Assembly: GCA_963823665.1 (NCBI GenBank)
Contig: CAWGMQ010000005.1
Coordinates: 288,001-352,000, forward strand
Direction of reading: 5' to 3'
From: an uncultured Planctomycetota bacterium
GTDB lineage: Bacteria; Planctomycetota; Planctomycetia; Isosphaerales; Isosphaeraceae
Length of the DNA: 64,000 nucleotides
Within the stretch, counting starts at the first letter, position 1. Each line of letters begins with the position of its first letter. The position numbers and the translations under genes were made by a program. Shown in pieces: positions 22,935 to 33,429 of the stretch. The notes below the pieces were generated by a model that saw only the letters and a program-made list of their open reading frames with translations, was not told where the DNA came from and did no database searches.

Positions 22935-24286
22935 TGAGCACATTCAACATGGGCGGGGTTGCCAGGTCGCGGATCGGGATCGTGCAGTCGATCGCCTTGC
23001 TGGCGGTGGCGACCTTGCCGTGGCCCGCGCGCTGGGAGCGAGTTCGCGGCGCGGTCGATAGCGCTCGCTCACCCGAGCTGAACCGCGCCGAGCGCGAAAA
23101 CCACACGTGGAGCTACTACGATGCGTTGATCGGCAGCCCTGACGGATCGAGCAGCGACTCGACGGTTCGCTTGACGGGCAAGCCCACGGGCTCGGTGAGC
23201 TTCCGGGAAGCCGACGTGGTCTCCTACCTGGACGACGACTTCCTCCAGTTCGAGCTCAAACCGTTCCTTTCGCGCAACCTCTTCGGCCAGCCGTTCCTGA
23301 CCAATGCGTTTGGTATGCACGACGCCCCGATCTCGATGGCGAAGCCCGAAGGAACCGTGCGCATCGCCGTTCTCGGCTCGTCGATGGATATGGGCTGGGG
23401 CGTGCGCTACCAGGAGACGTACATCAACAAGCTCGAACAGTGGCTGGATCGCCACGCCGGCATGCAACATTCATCCCCCCCGCGGCGTTTCGAGGTGCTC
23501 AACTTCGCGGTGGCCGCTTACAGCCCCATGCAACGGCTCGAGGTGCTGCGCCGCAAGGTCATGGCCTTCGATCCAGACCTGGTCATCTACTCGGCGACAA
23601 CCCTCGATCTCCGGCTCATGGAGATTCACCTCTGCGACATGCTGCGTAAGAACGTCGATCTCAAGTATGATTTTATCAGCCAGGCCAAAACGCTTGCAAA
23701 TATCGATTCCGATGACCTGCAGCTTGACCGCGACGGAGACCTGCTCAACAAGGATCGGGTCAAGAGGAAGCTGCGGACGGTTTACTGGTGGCTCTACGAC
23801 TTCACCTTCGGTGCGATCGCCTCCGAGTGCCGCGGGCGGGGCATTCCCCTCGTGATGGTGATCATACCGCGAGTGGGCAAGGCCGACGTACCGTCCCTGC
23901 GCATCGAGCCGGTGGCGCGGCTCAAAGCCCTGGCCGCTCATCAGGGGATCACCGTCTTCGATCTTTCGGATACATTCGATCAAATTGACCCGGCCAAGCT
24001 CGAGATCGCCGCCTGGGACGACCATCCCAACGTGCTCGGGCACCACCGGCTGTTCCTGGCCTTGGCGCGTGCGCTCGTCAAGGATCAGGACGTTTATCGC
24101 TTGCTGTTTCCGCGGGATGAACCACCGCGAATAAACCGATCGGCGTCCGATCAAGCCCTGGCCCAGGGCACGCGCGACGACGCCGTGACGCGCGCCGGAG
24201 CCCTGGTCCCTCGATGTGCAAGGGACCTGCCCAGGCTCGACAAGATCGTCGTGTGCGAAAAGGATGATGTATTCATACCGCAATGA
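22931..24286 (+). CDS. SGNH/GDSL-fold protein (DltD-like candidate)
   Basis: TNAFGMHD, RIAVLGSS, LNFAVAAYSP, WDDHPN; ATGA-coupled to the previous gene. Confidence 0.85.
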   Translation: MMSTFNMGGVARSRIGIVQSIALLAVATLPWPARWERVRGAVDSARSPELNRAERENHTWSYYDALIGSPDGSSSDSTVRLTGKPTGSVSFREADVVSYLDDDFLQFELKPFLSRNLFGQPFLTNAFGMHDAPISMAKPEGTVRIAVLGSSMDMGWGVRYQETYINKLEQWLDRHAGMQHSSPPRRFEVLNFAVAAYSPMQRLEVLRRKVMAFDPDLVIYSATTLDLRLMEIHLCDMLRKNVDLKYDFISQAKTLANIDSDDLQLDRDGDLLNKDRVKRKLRTVYWWLYDFTFGAIASECRGRGIPLVMVIIPRVGKADVPSLRIEPVARLKALAAHQGITVFDLSDTFDQIDPAKLEIAAWDDHPNVLGHHRLFLALARALVKDQDVYRLLFPRDEPPRINRSASDQALAQGTRDDAVTRAGALVPRCARDLPRLDKIVVCEKDDVFIPQ

Positions 24287-24304
24287 GAGGCGGATCACAC
24301 GCGT

Positions 24305-25906
24305 ATGGTAACCCGGCACCTGAGCCAGTTGCTCGAACAAGCGGCCGCCGCGCGGCCCGACCACACCGCCGTTCTGGACCAGAACGGCCGCTGTTTGAGC
24401 TACGCCGAGCTCGAGCGCGCCTCCGCCGCGCTCTCCATCCAGCTCACCCGCTGGGGCATCGACCGCGGAGATCGCGTCGGCCTCTGGCTTCCCAAGAGTC
24501 TTGAAGCCGTTACTGCGATTCACGGCATCCTCCGCTCGGGAGCAGCATACGTACCGGTCGATCCCACGGGGCCTGCCATCCGTGCCGCCGCGATCCTCGC
24601 CGCAAGCGACGCAAAGGCCGCCGTGATCTCGGCCACGCTGGTGCCGTCTTTTCGCGCGGCCTGGCCGAGCGCCAAGCCCTTCCCACGGTTGATCGTCGTC
24701 CAGGATGAGTGCGGCGCCGCGGCAGGTGCCATCGGAGCAGAAGACGCTCCCTATAGCGAAGTTGTCTCCGAGCGGCCATCGGCATCGAGCGCCGCCTCGC
24801 GCGACCGCGACGGCGACGACCTCGCCTACATCCTCTTCACGTCGGGATCGACGGGCGTGCCCAAGGGCGTGATGCTCTCACACGTGAATGCATTTACATT
24901 TATTGACTGGTGCTCGAGTGCGCTTGGGCCGTGGCTCTCGGGCGATCGCTTCGCGTCGCATGCCCCGTTCCAGTTCGACCTCTCGATATTCGACCTCTTC
25001 GTTGCTTGCCAGGCAGCCGCGACGCTCGTGCTCCTGGGTGAGTCACTGGGAAAAGATCCCGCCGCACTGGGCGATTTCATCGCCCAGGCGAAAATCAGCG
25101 TCTGGTACTCGGCTCCCACAATTCTTGCACTCCTGGCGCAGCAAGGGCGGCTCGATCGCCCGGGCATGCACTCGCCGCGGCTGGTGCTTTTTGCGGGCGA
25201 GGTCTTTCCGATTGCAGCGCTCAAGCAGCTTCGCGGGCTCTGGCCGGAAGCCTCGCTCTGGAACCTCTACGGCCCGACCGAGACCAACGTGTGCACCGCG
25301 TACCCCATACCTGCGACGATTCCGGCCGATCGCACGGTTCCCTTCCCGATCGGCAGGGTCTGCCCGCCACTTGAGGCGCGGGTGGTTGACGAGCAGGGCC
25401 GCGACGTGGCTCCGGGCTCGCTGGGCGAGCTCGTGATTGCCGGACCGGGCGTGATGCGCGGTTACTTCGGCCAGCCGGAGCTCACGTCGGCCGTCTTTTT
25501 CACATATGGCAAGACCCGCTGGTATCGCACCGGCGATCTTGTATGCGACGACGGGGGCGGGTGTTTCCTCTTCCACGGCCGGCGCGACCGGATGGTGAAG
25601 AAGCGAGGCTACCGGATCGAGCTCGGCGAGATCGAGTCGGCGCTCTACCGGCACGACGGAGTCGATCGCGCCGGAGTGGTTGCCCAGGCCGACGAGGTTG
25701 GCATCTCGATCGCCGCGTTTGTCGCGCTCAAGCCCGATCAGAAGAAGTCGATCATTGCCATGAAACGCCATTGCATGAGCTATCTGCCAGCTTACATGAT
25801 TCCGGATACGTTCACCTTTCTGGACGATCTGCCGAGAACCTCGACCGACAAGGTTGATTACCAGCGATTGAGATCCTTGGCTGCCCTGGAAGGACTACGC
25901 CCGTGA
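24305..25906 (+). CDS. Stand-alone amino-acid adenylation enzyme (DltA/AlmE-like)
   Basis: YILFTSGSTGVPKG, FDLSIFDL, FAGE, NLYGPTE, YRTGD and GYRIELGEIE; no fused carrier or condensation domain. Confidence 0.92.
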   Translation: MVTRHLSQLLEQAAAARPDHTAVLDQNGRCLSYAELERASAALSIQLTRWGIDRGDRVGLWLPKSLEAVTAIHGILRSGAAYVPVDPTGPAIRAAAILAASDAKAAVISATLVPSFRAAWPSAKPFPRLIVVQDECGAAAGAIGAEDAPYSEVVSERPSASSAASRDRDGDDLAYILFTSGSTGVPKGVMLSHVNAFTFIDWCSSALGPWLSGDRFASHAPFQFDLSIFDLFVACQAAATLVLLGESLGKDPAALGDFIAQAKISVWYSAPTILALLAQQGRLDRPGMHSPRLVLFAGEVFPIAALKQLRGLWPEASLWNLYGPTETNVCTAYPIPATIPADRTVPFPIGRVCPPLEARVVDEQGRDVAPGSLGELVIAGPGVMRGYFGQPELTSAVFFTYGKTRWYRTGDLVCDDGGGCFLFHGRRDRMVKKRGYRIELGEIESALYRHDGVDRAGVVAQADEVGISIAAFVALKPDQKKSIIAMKRHCMSYLPAYMIPDTFTFLDDLPRTSTDKVDYQRLRSLAALEGLRP

Positions 25907-26912
25907 GGCGATTCGACACGCCGCAAAAACGACGACTCTCGCTGAGCACGACGCGGATGCGCCACGTGTTCTCGTGGAAGTTCGTTTTTTACGACCTGCT
26001 CCTGCCCGCGCTGCGAATGCTGGGCGCGACACGCGGCGACGCGATCCTCGGTTTGCTGGGACGGCTGGTCATGGCCGTTCGGCCACGGCGCCGTAGGGAG
26101 TCTGCGCCTCGCTCAAGCGAGTGAAGCGTGCGCTCGACGCCGAGTGGTCGATCGAGACGACCTGGCCGGCGCTGGCAGCCAACACCGCCAGGTTCCTGGC
26201 CCGCGACTATCCGCTCGATCGGCAGACCGACGAAGCTGTCTTGCGCCGATTTGACGTGTGCGGCTACGAGCGGTTAAGCGCGACGCTTGCTGACGGACGA
26301 GGCGCGATCCTGGTCGGCAGCCATCTTGGAGCCCACATCGCCGGCGTGCACTGGCTGTTTCGCCGCGGTGTTGCCGTGAGGCTCCTGGTTCAACGTCCCA
26401 GGCACGTTTCGGGCGAGCTGAATCGGCGGTTCGACGCCGGCGGGCGACACCCCCAAGCCGAGATGTTCCTGCGCCGCGATCTGTCCCGGGCGGTGGCCGT
26501 CGAGCGCGTCTTCCGGGCCCGGGCCGCGCTGCGCGATGGCATGGCGATCTACCTGAACGGCGACATCCCCTGGAACGGCCCCAATACCTGCGCCGGCAGG
26601 CTGCTGGGCCGTCCTCAACGCTTTCTCGCCATCTGGACCGAGCTGGCCGTTTTAACAAGTGCGCCGGTTTTCCTCGTGTTCTGCACGCATTTGCCCGGTG
26701 GCCGGTTCGCGCTCGAGCTCGAAGCCATCGGCCACTTACACGCCGGCGAGGAGGAATCGGCCGTCGCCGACTACCTGAAGCAACTCGAAGCGCGCATCGA
26801 GGCCTCACCCGTCGACGCGGTCGCCCACCTGGGCTGGCCATGTTACGTCTCGCCCCCGGCACCCGGCCACCGGCCGTCGAGGCGCAGGTCGTCCATAGCG
26901 AGCCGGCGCTGA
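25903..26912 (+). CDS. Lysophospholipid/lipid A acyltransferase (LpxL-family); frameshift near 26100
   Basis: LARDYPLD, GRGAILVGSHLG, YLNGDIPW, LAVLTSAPV and YLKQLEARIEASP; GTGA overlap with the adenylation gene. Confidence 0.75.
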
Positions 26913-27068
26913 AACGCATCGCACGATGACGAGTATGAGGCGAGTGGCACGTGGCACTGGATTTGTGGTATGCCCGGTTGCGTCGCCGTTCCGGATTCGC
27001 GGAACGCCAGTTAGCTCGCGCGGTCATCTTTCTTCTGAAGAAACCGCGTAGCCTGTCCTACAAACAAA

Positions 27069-27778
27069 GTGTCCGACAATTTGGGCTCTTACGCCGGGAA
27101 CTTTTTTTTCACACGTCCAAGGCGTCGCGAATTGACGGCCGCTGATGACCTTCTGTACTCCGATGGATTTGCTTTCCTGCTAGCCTGTTGCTTGGATCGC
27201 GGGATGCAATCAGAAATCATCGGGAGGATTCCTTATTACCTGAAAAGGGAGCTCGGTCACCTTGACCCTGTGCGGATCGCCGAGATGTCATTAGAGGTGA
27301 TTCGAAACGCTCTGGAACGATTGCCGCAGAAACCGAGATACATGCATGAGGCTCCGAACACGGTTTCAGAACTGGCGGAGATCATTGCACGAGATTTCGG
27401 GGGCAGGCCAGAATCGCTCTGGGAAGGGCGCTCGCCCCGAGACATCATTCGTACGCTCCGGAGAATACGAGGCGTGGACACGATCGCGAACATGACGGTG
27501 AACCTATTACATCGCTATCTCGACGTGGAGTTTCGCCTCGAGGACCTATGCCACATCGACGTCAAGCCTGACGTGCATGTCGAACGCGTCTTCTATCGAA
27601 CGGGCCTGATGGATCGTGCCGGCCGATCAGTTGAGGCCGCGCGCAACTGAATCAATCGTATCCGGCGGCTCTTGATCTCGGGAGTTGGGAAATCGGGCGT
27701 CGCTGGTGCGCTGCGATCAACCCAGATCATGAGCGGTGCCCGTTGTCTGCAATCTGTCCTCGCAAGAACACAAGTTGA
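27069..27778 (+). CDS. HhH-GPD / endonuclease III-like DNA glycosylase with C-terminal Cys cluster (frameshifted)
   Basis: LRRIRGV..TIANM and DVKPDVHVERVFYRTGL; another frame continues LDLGSWEIGRRWCAAINPDHERCPLSAICP. Confidence 0.7.
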
Positions 27779-27959
27779 ACTTGGAGTCGATGCTTTTCCA
27801 CAGGCCCGCGTGCCTTTTGCGTCGTTCGCGAGCTTCGCCCCTCAGTTGAGTCGTTTGCGTCTTTTGACAGATTGTTTAGATCAACGTCGCTGAAACCTGC
27901 TCTTGACCCATTACCGTCCATCTTGTATTATATTACAAGACTCGGGGGGGGGGACGGTC

Positions 27960-28250
27960 ATGGGCCGAGTGGCTTTCATTTGGGACCTCGAAGATGACGT
28001 GGAGGGGAATTACTGGCACATCTGCGTCGAAGGCCATGGTGTCACCCGCGAAGAGGTCGTGTCGGGGAATTACGAAACTGCGACGCAGAGCCGGAGCAGT
28101 GGTCAGCCTGTGGCGTTCGGCTGAACGGCAGGCGGCAAGTACCTGACGGTCGTCTTTGAGTGGGTGTCCGACGACCCTTTCACCGTCTACCCGATAACGG
28201 CCTACGAAGTCCCGCCGCCCGGTCCCAGAAAACCGAGGAGAAAGCGATGA
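27960..28250 (+). pseudogene. BrnT/DUF4258-like toxin with in-frame TGA at 28122-28124
   Basis: FIWD...HGVTREEV...SRSSGQPVAFG*TAGGKYLTVVFE...VYPITAY; the stop overlaps the antitoxin ATG. Confidence 0.7.
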
Positions 28251-28684
28251 GCAACAGTAATGACAAAGGGGATAAGGATCGACCCAAGATCCAATGGAAC
28301 GCCGAGGATCGGGCCCGCCACCGAGCTACGCGTGACATGTTCCGAAACTGGCATCCTTCTCCCGAAGAATTGATCGCGAGCGGCGAGGGGGCGAGTTTCG
28401 ACATCCACGGCGAGTATCGCGAATTGCGCCCATTCATCGAGGAGATCAAGCGGGCTCGCGAGGCGGCGGGACTCACCCTGGCTGAGGTGTCCCGGCGATG
28501 TGGCATCGACCAGCCAGCGCTCTCCCGCCTGGAGAATGGACACAACAAGAATCCGACGCTCGACACGTTGTGGCGTTATGGCGCCGCGGTCGGCCGCCGC
28601 TTGGTCCTGAGCACTAAACCGATCCGCGACACGCGGCCAACGTTAGGCGGGACCAAGCGCATCCGAGTGGCACGAGAGACATAG
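28247..28684 (+). CDS. XRE-family HTH antitoxin/regulator
   Basis: RAREAAGLTLAEVSRRCGIDQPALSRLENG..NPTLDTL. Confidence 0.85.
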   Translation: MSNSNDKGDKDRPKIQWNAEDRARHRATRDMFRNWHPSPEELIASGEGASFDIHGEYRELRPFIEEIKRAREAAGLTLAEVSRRCGIDQPALSRLENGHNKNPTLDTLWRYGAAVGRRLVLSTKPIRDTRPTLGGTKRIRVARET

Positions 28685-28879
28685 CGATTGGTCTCGCGCC
28701 AGATGGTGTGGTTCGGGCCGACTTTTCGGCAACGTTCTCGCAAAGCGGCAGAGCCGCAAGGGCGAAGATCGGGGGACAGAGTCCCCTCCAAAAGGCACGA
28801 CGTCGCCCGTTCGTGTAGGAGCCGGCTCCGTCCGGCGATCCGAGACGCGCGCGGCGAAGACATCAGACGGTCGAAGACT

Positions 28880-30778
28880 CTACGGCTCTCCGTTCATCCT
28901 CTCCGGAATTCGGTGCGATGTCGATAGTGGCGGGGGCAAGGGCCAACCGGGTATGCCGGCATCGGCCGGGGCTCGCCCTGCTCGGATCGCCGCGGCGGCT
29001 CGCCGATATTCCGAAGCACGCTCGTTGCGGAACTTGGGATCGTAACGGACATAAGCGGCGGCGCGGAAGAACCCGGCGTCTCGCGACGCAATCTGCGCCC
29101 ACCGCTTCGCGTCGATGCCGAAATGGCGAGCACACATCTCGGCGGTGACCACCGGTACCGGCGTTCCCGCCGGCCACGAAAAGGCGCGGCGCCCGGCGAG
29201 TTGATTCATCAGGTCCTCGGCCAGCGCGGCGTAGCCCTGAAGATTGGGATGCTGGGCATCGTGGAAGAACTGGCCGCCAACGATCCCGTGCCGGCTTCTC
29301 GACTCGAGCACTTTCGGCCCGTCGACCAGGACCACCGAAGGGTGCCTCGCCGCGACGTTACGATACGCCTGCCGAAGCGGCTCCGGACAACGCAGAGGCA
29401 TTCCATCATGCTCTCGCGCTTTGATGTAGTGCTCCCTGGCTTCGTCCCAGAGCCCGGTTTGCTCGAGGAGCCTGGCGAGACGGTAGTGTGTCTCGGCGAA
29501 CTCGGGATGGCGGTTCACCAGCTCGCGGTAGATCCGCCGCGCTGCGGCGGGTTCTTTCTCTTCAACCGCTCGGGCGTGGGCGACTTCTCTGGCAAAAGCG
29601 TCGCGCTCGGCCCGAGGCGTCTCCGGCGCCAGTACCGAGCGGCTCGGATCGAAGCCGGCATCATTGCCGGGCGGGATGACGTAAATCGGCAGGGTCCCGA
29701 TCGACTCGCAGTAAACGGCGATCGATTCCAGCCGGCGCTCGAAGTCGTCGGTGATCGCCTGGAATTCGGCGGCGGTGCAGACAGGGCGATCGACCAGCTC
29801 CCGCGTGACAACGCGCGGCGGCAGCGAGTCGAGCCGTTGCCGCTCGCGGGTCTCGCCAAGCAATTGCAAGAGTGGCGAGAACTCGAGAATGGAAGCGATT
29901 CCCGACAGGCGGGCGACGCGCAGCGGCACCGGGTCGTCGTCGAGATAGTGCGCGACGTCTCGCATCCAGGCGTAGCGCCCCTGGAATTCGTTGTGCCCGA
30001 CGTACACCATCAGGGCGTCCGGACGATAGTTCAGCCCGTCGAGTTTCTGGTGCATCATCGTGAGGGTCGCCCCGCCCTCGGCCCACATATCGACTTCAAT
30101 CGCGCTGCCCGGAAAGACTTTCTCCATGCGCCATGCAATGATCTGAGCGACCGAGAGCCAGGGGTGGTAAGGCTCGCCGCGGGCGCTCGACTCGCCGATC
30201 ACGAGCATTCGCAACGGCCGAGCCGCGCCGTTCGAGTTCGCTTCTCGGCCCTGGAATCGGCTCGGTAGCGCGGGAGTTGTTCCCTCGGAACCGAGCCGAT
30301 CACCCTCACCGGCTGGTTCAGGCAGCACGGCGACCGCCGGCAGATCGGGGCTCCGGTTCAGCCGCGCCCGCCAGCCAGCGGCGCCGGCCTCGAAAAGGCC
30401 GAGTGCAAGCAATGTCGAGCAGCAAAGCAAAAGCAGCCTAGCCTGCAAGAAGCTCTTCCGCCCATCCGGACGCGCAGACCTCTGCCTCGCAGATCGAGTT
30501 CGCGCTCTCAGAGCGACCAGCACGAGCGCACCCAGGAACGCCACGATCAGCGTGAGAGGATAAGCGATCAAAAGCGCGTCAACGAAAAAGATAGCCGCCT
30601 GTCTGCGCAGCAGTGCCGTCTCGCGACCGGAGACAACCTGAATCCAGCCCGGCACGAGCTGGAACGCAGCATAACCAGCCACGCCAAGCGCGATGAAAAG
30701 GAGTAAGCGAATCGCACGACGCAGAGTGAAACGACGAGCGGAACTGGGCGAATTGGAGATTTCTGGGTCCGACATCAC
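28880..30778 (-). CDS. Membrane-anchored SGNH-fold protein with TPR
   Basis: Three N-terminal TMs, VIGESSARG, YVGHNEF, TPR (AETHYRLARLL) and FHDAQHPN. Confidence 0.8.
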   Translation of the reverse strand: MMSDPEISNSPSSARRFTLRRAIRLLLFIALGVAGYAAFQLVPGWIQVVSGRETALLRRQAAIFFVDALLIAYPLTLIVAFLGALVLVALRARTRSARQRSARPDGRKSFLQARLLLLCCSTLLALGLFEAGAAGWRARLNRSPDLPAVAVLPEPAGEGDRLGSEGTTPALPSRFQGREANSNGAARPLRMLVIGESSARGEPYHPWLSVAQIIAWRMEKVFPGSAIEVDMWAEGGATLTMMHQKLDGLNYRPDALMVYVGHNEFQGRYAWMRDVAHYLDDDPVPLRVARLSGIASILEFSPLLQLLGETRERQRLDSLPPRVVTRELVDRPVCTAAEFQAITDDFERRLESIAVYCESIGTLPIYVIPPGNDAGFDPSRSVLAPETPRAERDAFAREVAHARAVEEKEPAAARRIYRELVNRHPEFAETHYRLARLLEQTGLWDEAREHYIKAREHDGMPLRCPEPLRQAYRNVAARHPSVVLVDGPKVLESRSRHGIVGGQFFHDAQHPNLQGYAALAEDLMNQLAGRRAFSWPAGTPVPVVTAEMCARHFGIDAKRWAQIASRDAGFFRAAAYVRYDPKFRNERASEYRRAAAAIRAGRAPADAGIPGWPLPPPLSTSHRIPERMNGEP

Positions 30779-30849
30779 ACCACCTGAGCTGCGCGACGGG
30801 CCCAGATCACCGAAATCGGAACTGCCCCATCACCCGGGCTAGCGGGCGT

Positions 30850-31578
30850 TCAGACCGTGCCTGTTCGCTCCAGTCGCGCCACGAAGTCGGCGTGCTCGGG
30901 CGACTTCAAGCCCTGCTCGAGGACCGACTTGACCAATGCGATCTCCCCCTTCACCAAGGCCGCGGGATCGAGCCAGAGCCCGGGAAACACCGTGCTGCGC
31001 AAGACGCCGTCGGCTGAGGGCGCCAGTCGCTCAAAGCTCCCCTCGCGGTTGACGAACCAGTCAACCTCACGGTCACGCACCCGCCACACGATGTATTCGC
31101 GCACGCCGCAGCGCCGGTAGACGTTCAACTTCTTTCCCAGGTCGTAACTGACGCTGCTCGAGGTGATCTCGGCGACAAGCTCCGGCGCTCCTTCGATGTA
31201 ATCGTCCGCAGAGATCCTGGCTTGTCCGCCTCGCTCGGGCCGGATGATCAGGAAGGAGTCGGGCTGTGGTTCGTTATCGACGTCGAGACGAATGCTGCCG
31301 TTGTCACCGCCCTCCACACCCGGAGTTTCGATGTGATAGATCCCCAACAACGTGCCGAATAGCGAATGTGGGTAACTGTGCTGGCCGTATCGGACTGCTG
31401 AGGGCATGAATACCTCGCCATCGATCAATTCAGCCTTCTTGAGCTGCGGCATCGCATCCCAGCGTCGCTCAAACTCGGCGCGCGTTAGCCGGTCGCCGTT
31501 CTCGAGCGGCGGGATGGCACCGTTGCCTGGGTCATCAATCTGCTCGCCAGGCTTTGATGGTTGGGTCGAGACGGCCAT
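30850..31578 (-). CDS. Uma2/DUF820 family putative endonuclease
   Basis: LENGDRLTRAEF, KKAELIDGEV, EPQPD, GAPELVAEI, GVREYIVW, STVFPGLWL. Confidence 0.92.
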   Translation of the reverse strand: MAVSTQPSKPGEQIDDPGNGAIPPLENGDRLTRAEFERRWDAMPQLKKAELIDGEVFMPSAVRYGQHSYPHSLFGTLLGIYHIETPGVEGGDNGSIRLDVDNEPQPDSFLIIRPERGGQARISADDYIEGAPELVAEITSSSVSYDLGKKLNVYRRCGVREYIVWRVRDREVDWFVNREGSFERLAPSADGVLRSTVFPGLWLDPAALVKGEIALVKSVLEQGLKSPEHADFVARLERTGTV

Positions 31579-31742
31579 GGTGAAGCCCTCCATCGGTCGA
31601 CATTTGACTTGCGGCTCTTCCTCAGCCATCATACGCGATTCTTCCTATCGCGGGGAGGAATTTCGTCGCCCGACGATTATACTGAGGACTCGCGTTTCAT
31701 CACTTACGGCCTCGCTCAACACTCTGGTTCCGATTGCCCCGC

Positions 31743-32905
31743 ATGCCCCGACTCAAAATCTCCCAGGCGGAAGATCCTTTTGCTCCGGTCTTTCTGACGG
31801 TGGCCGAGCTCACCGAGCGGATCAAACGGTCGCTCGAGAACGACTTCTCTGAAGTCGCCCTCCACGGCGAAGTGTCCAATGTCACCCGCCCGCGGTCGGG
31901 ACATATTTATTTCACGATCAAGGATGATTCCGCGTCGATTCGTGCGGTCATCTGGAAGAACGACGCGCGGCGCGTCACGTTTGATCTCACCGACGGGCTC
32001 TCGGTGCGGGCGCTCGGGCGGGTGACAGTTTATCCACCGCGCGGCGAATACCAGATCGTGATCCAGGTGCTCGAGCCCGAAGGAATCGGCGCACTCGAGC
32101 TGGCGTTTCGGCAGCGATTCGCGCGTCTCCAGCAAGAGGGGCTTTTTGACCCGGCGCGAAGAGGCCCCTGCCCCGCTTCCCACGCGGGATTGTGATCGTC
32201 TCAAGCCCTTCCGGCGCGGCCGTGCGCGACGTGCTTCAAGTGATCGGCCGCCGCTGGCGAGCCACTCGCGTGCTCATCGCCCCCACCCGCGTGCAAGGCG
32301 CCGGCGCTGACCTCGAGGTGGCCGCCGCGCTCGCGCTGGCGAACCAGACAGCCGGTGTGGACGTCATCATCGTCGCTCGGGGTGGCGGAAGCATCGAAGA
32401 CTTGTGGACGTTCAACGAGGAAATCGTCGTTCGCGCGATCGCCGGATCGCGGCTCCCGGTGGTTTCGGCCGTGGGGCACGAGATTGACGTCACGCTCGCC
32501 GACCTGGCCGCCGACCGGCGCGCTCTTACGCCCAGCGAGGCAGGCGAAGTGTGCGTGCCTGATGCTCGCGAAGTGCTGATGCACCTGGACCGCCTCGCCG
32601 AGCGGCTGCGGACAGCCGGCACGTCGCAGCTCAAGGACGCGCGCATCCGCCTGGTCGACCTCGCCGAACGCGCGCGGCTGGCGCTTGAACGTGATATCCT
32701 CAACCGCCGGCATCGCGTTTCACGGCTGGCCGCCAGCCTCGAGGCGCTGAACCCGCTCGGCGTGCTCGCACGCGGCTACAGCCTCACGCTCAAGGCCGAT
32801 GGAACCACATTGATCCGGGATAGCAGCCAGGTGAAAACCGGCGATCTCATCCACACCCGACTGGCCGCCGGATCCATCGCCAGCCGGGTTGAGAATGTAG
32901 TGTGA
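31743..32905 (+). CDS. xseA: Exodeoxyribonuclease VII large subunit (frameshift near 32170)
   Basis: GEVSN..SGHIYFTIKD, YPPRGEYQ, ARGGGSIEDLWTFNEE, SAVGHEID, LTPSEA and LARGYS. Confidence 0.95.
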
Positions 32906-32925
32906 CGTGCATGAAAAGGTCTGTC

Positions 32926-32985
32926 GTCGGGTGGGTTACACTTACCGTTATATGCTGGGATCTTGGTTGGTTTCACCCACCCTAC
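32926..32985. repeat. Inverted pair of GTAG-type REP elements
   Basis: GTCGGGTGGGTTACAC ... GGTTTCACCCACCCTAC in the xseA-xseB spacer. Confidence 0.5.
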
Positions 32986-33024
32986 ACAAATGCCGATTCC
33001 GTCTAGCGAGGGCGAACGCACGCG

Positions 33025-33420
33025 ATGGGTGACGAAACAGAACCGAACTTCGAGCAATCTCTGGCGCAGCTCGAGCAGATCGTGGCGAGCCTCGAGCGCG
33101 GCGAGCCGGAGCTGACATCCGCGCTCTCCAAGTATGAAAAGGGAGTGCAGCTTCTCTCGATCTGCCATCGACTGCTCGAAAAGGCCGAGCAATCGGTGGC
33201 GCTATTAACAGGGGTCGACGACGAGGGACGTCCCATCACCGCTCCCTTCGATGCCACCGCAACCGTGGCGCACGAGGAAAGCCTGCCACCGGCGGCAGGC
33301 GAGGCGAGCTCGGCGACGGTCGACATCAAGCGACAGACAACCACCGAGCGAATGGTCGTGCGAAGGAGCCGAGCGAAACCAGCCGAATCTTCGGGAGACG
33401 CGAACGATCCTCCGTTCTGA
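33025..33420 (+). CDS. xseB: Exodeoxyribonuclease VII small subunit
   Basis: FEQSLAQLEQIVASLERGE..L..ALSKYEKGVQL...LEKAE; follows xseA. Confidence 0.93.
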   Translation: MGDETEPNFEQSLAQLEQIVASLERGEPELTSALSKYEKGVQLLSICHRLLEKAEQSVALLTGVDDEGRPITAPFDATATVAHEESLPPAAGEASSATVDIKRQTTTERMVVRRSRAKPAESSGDANDPPF

Positions 33421-33429
33421 CCGATTCCC

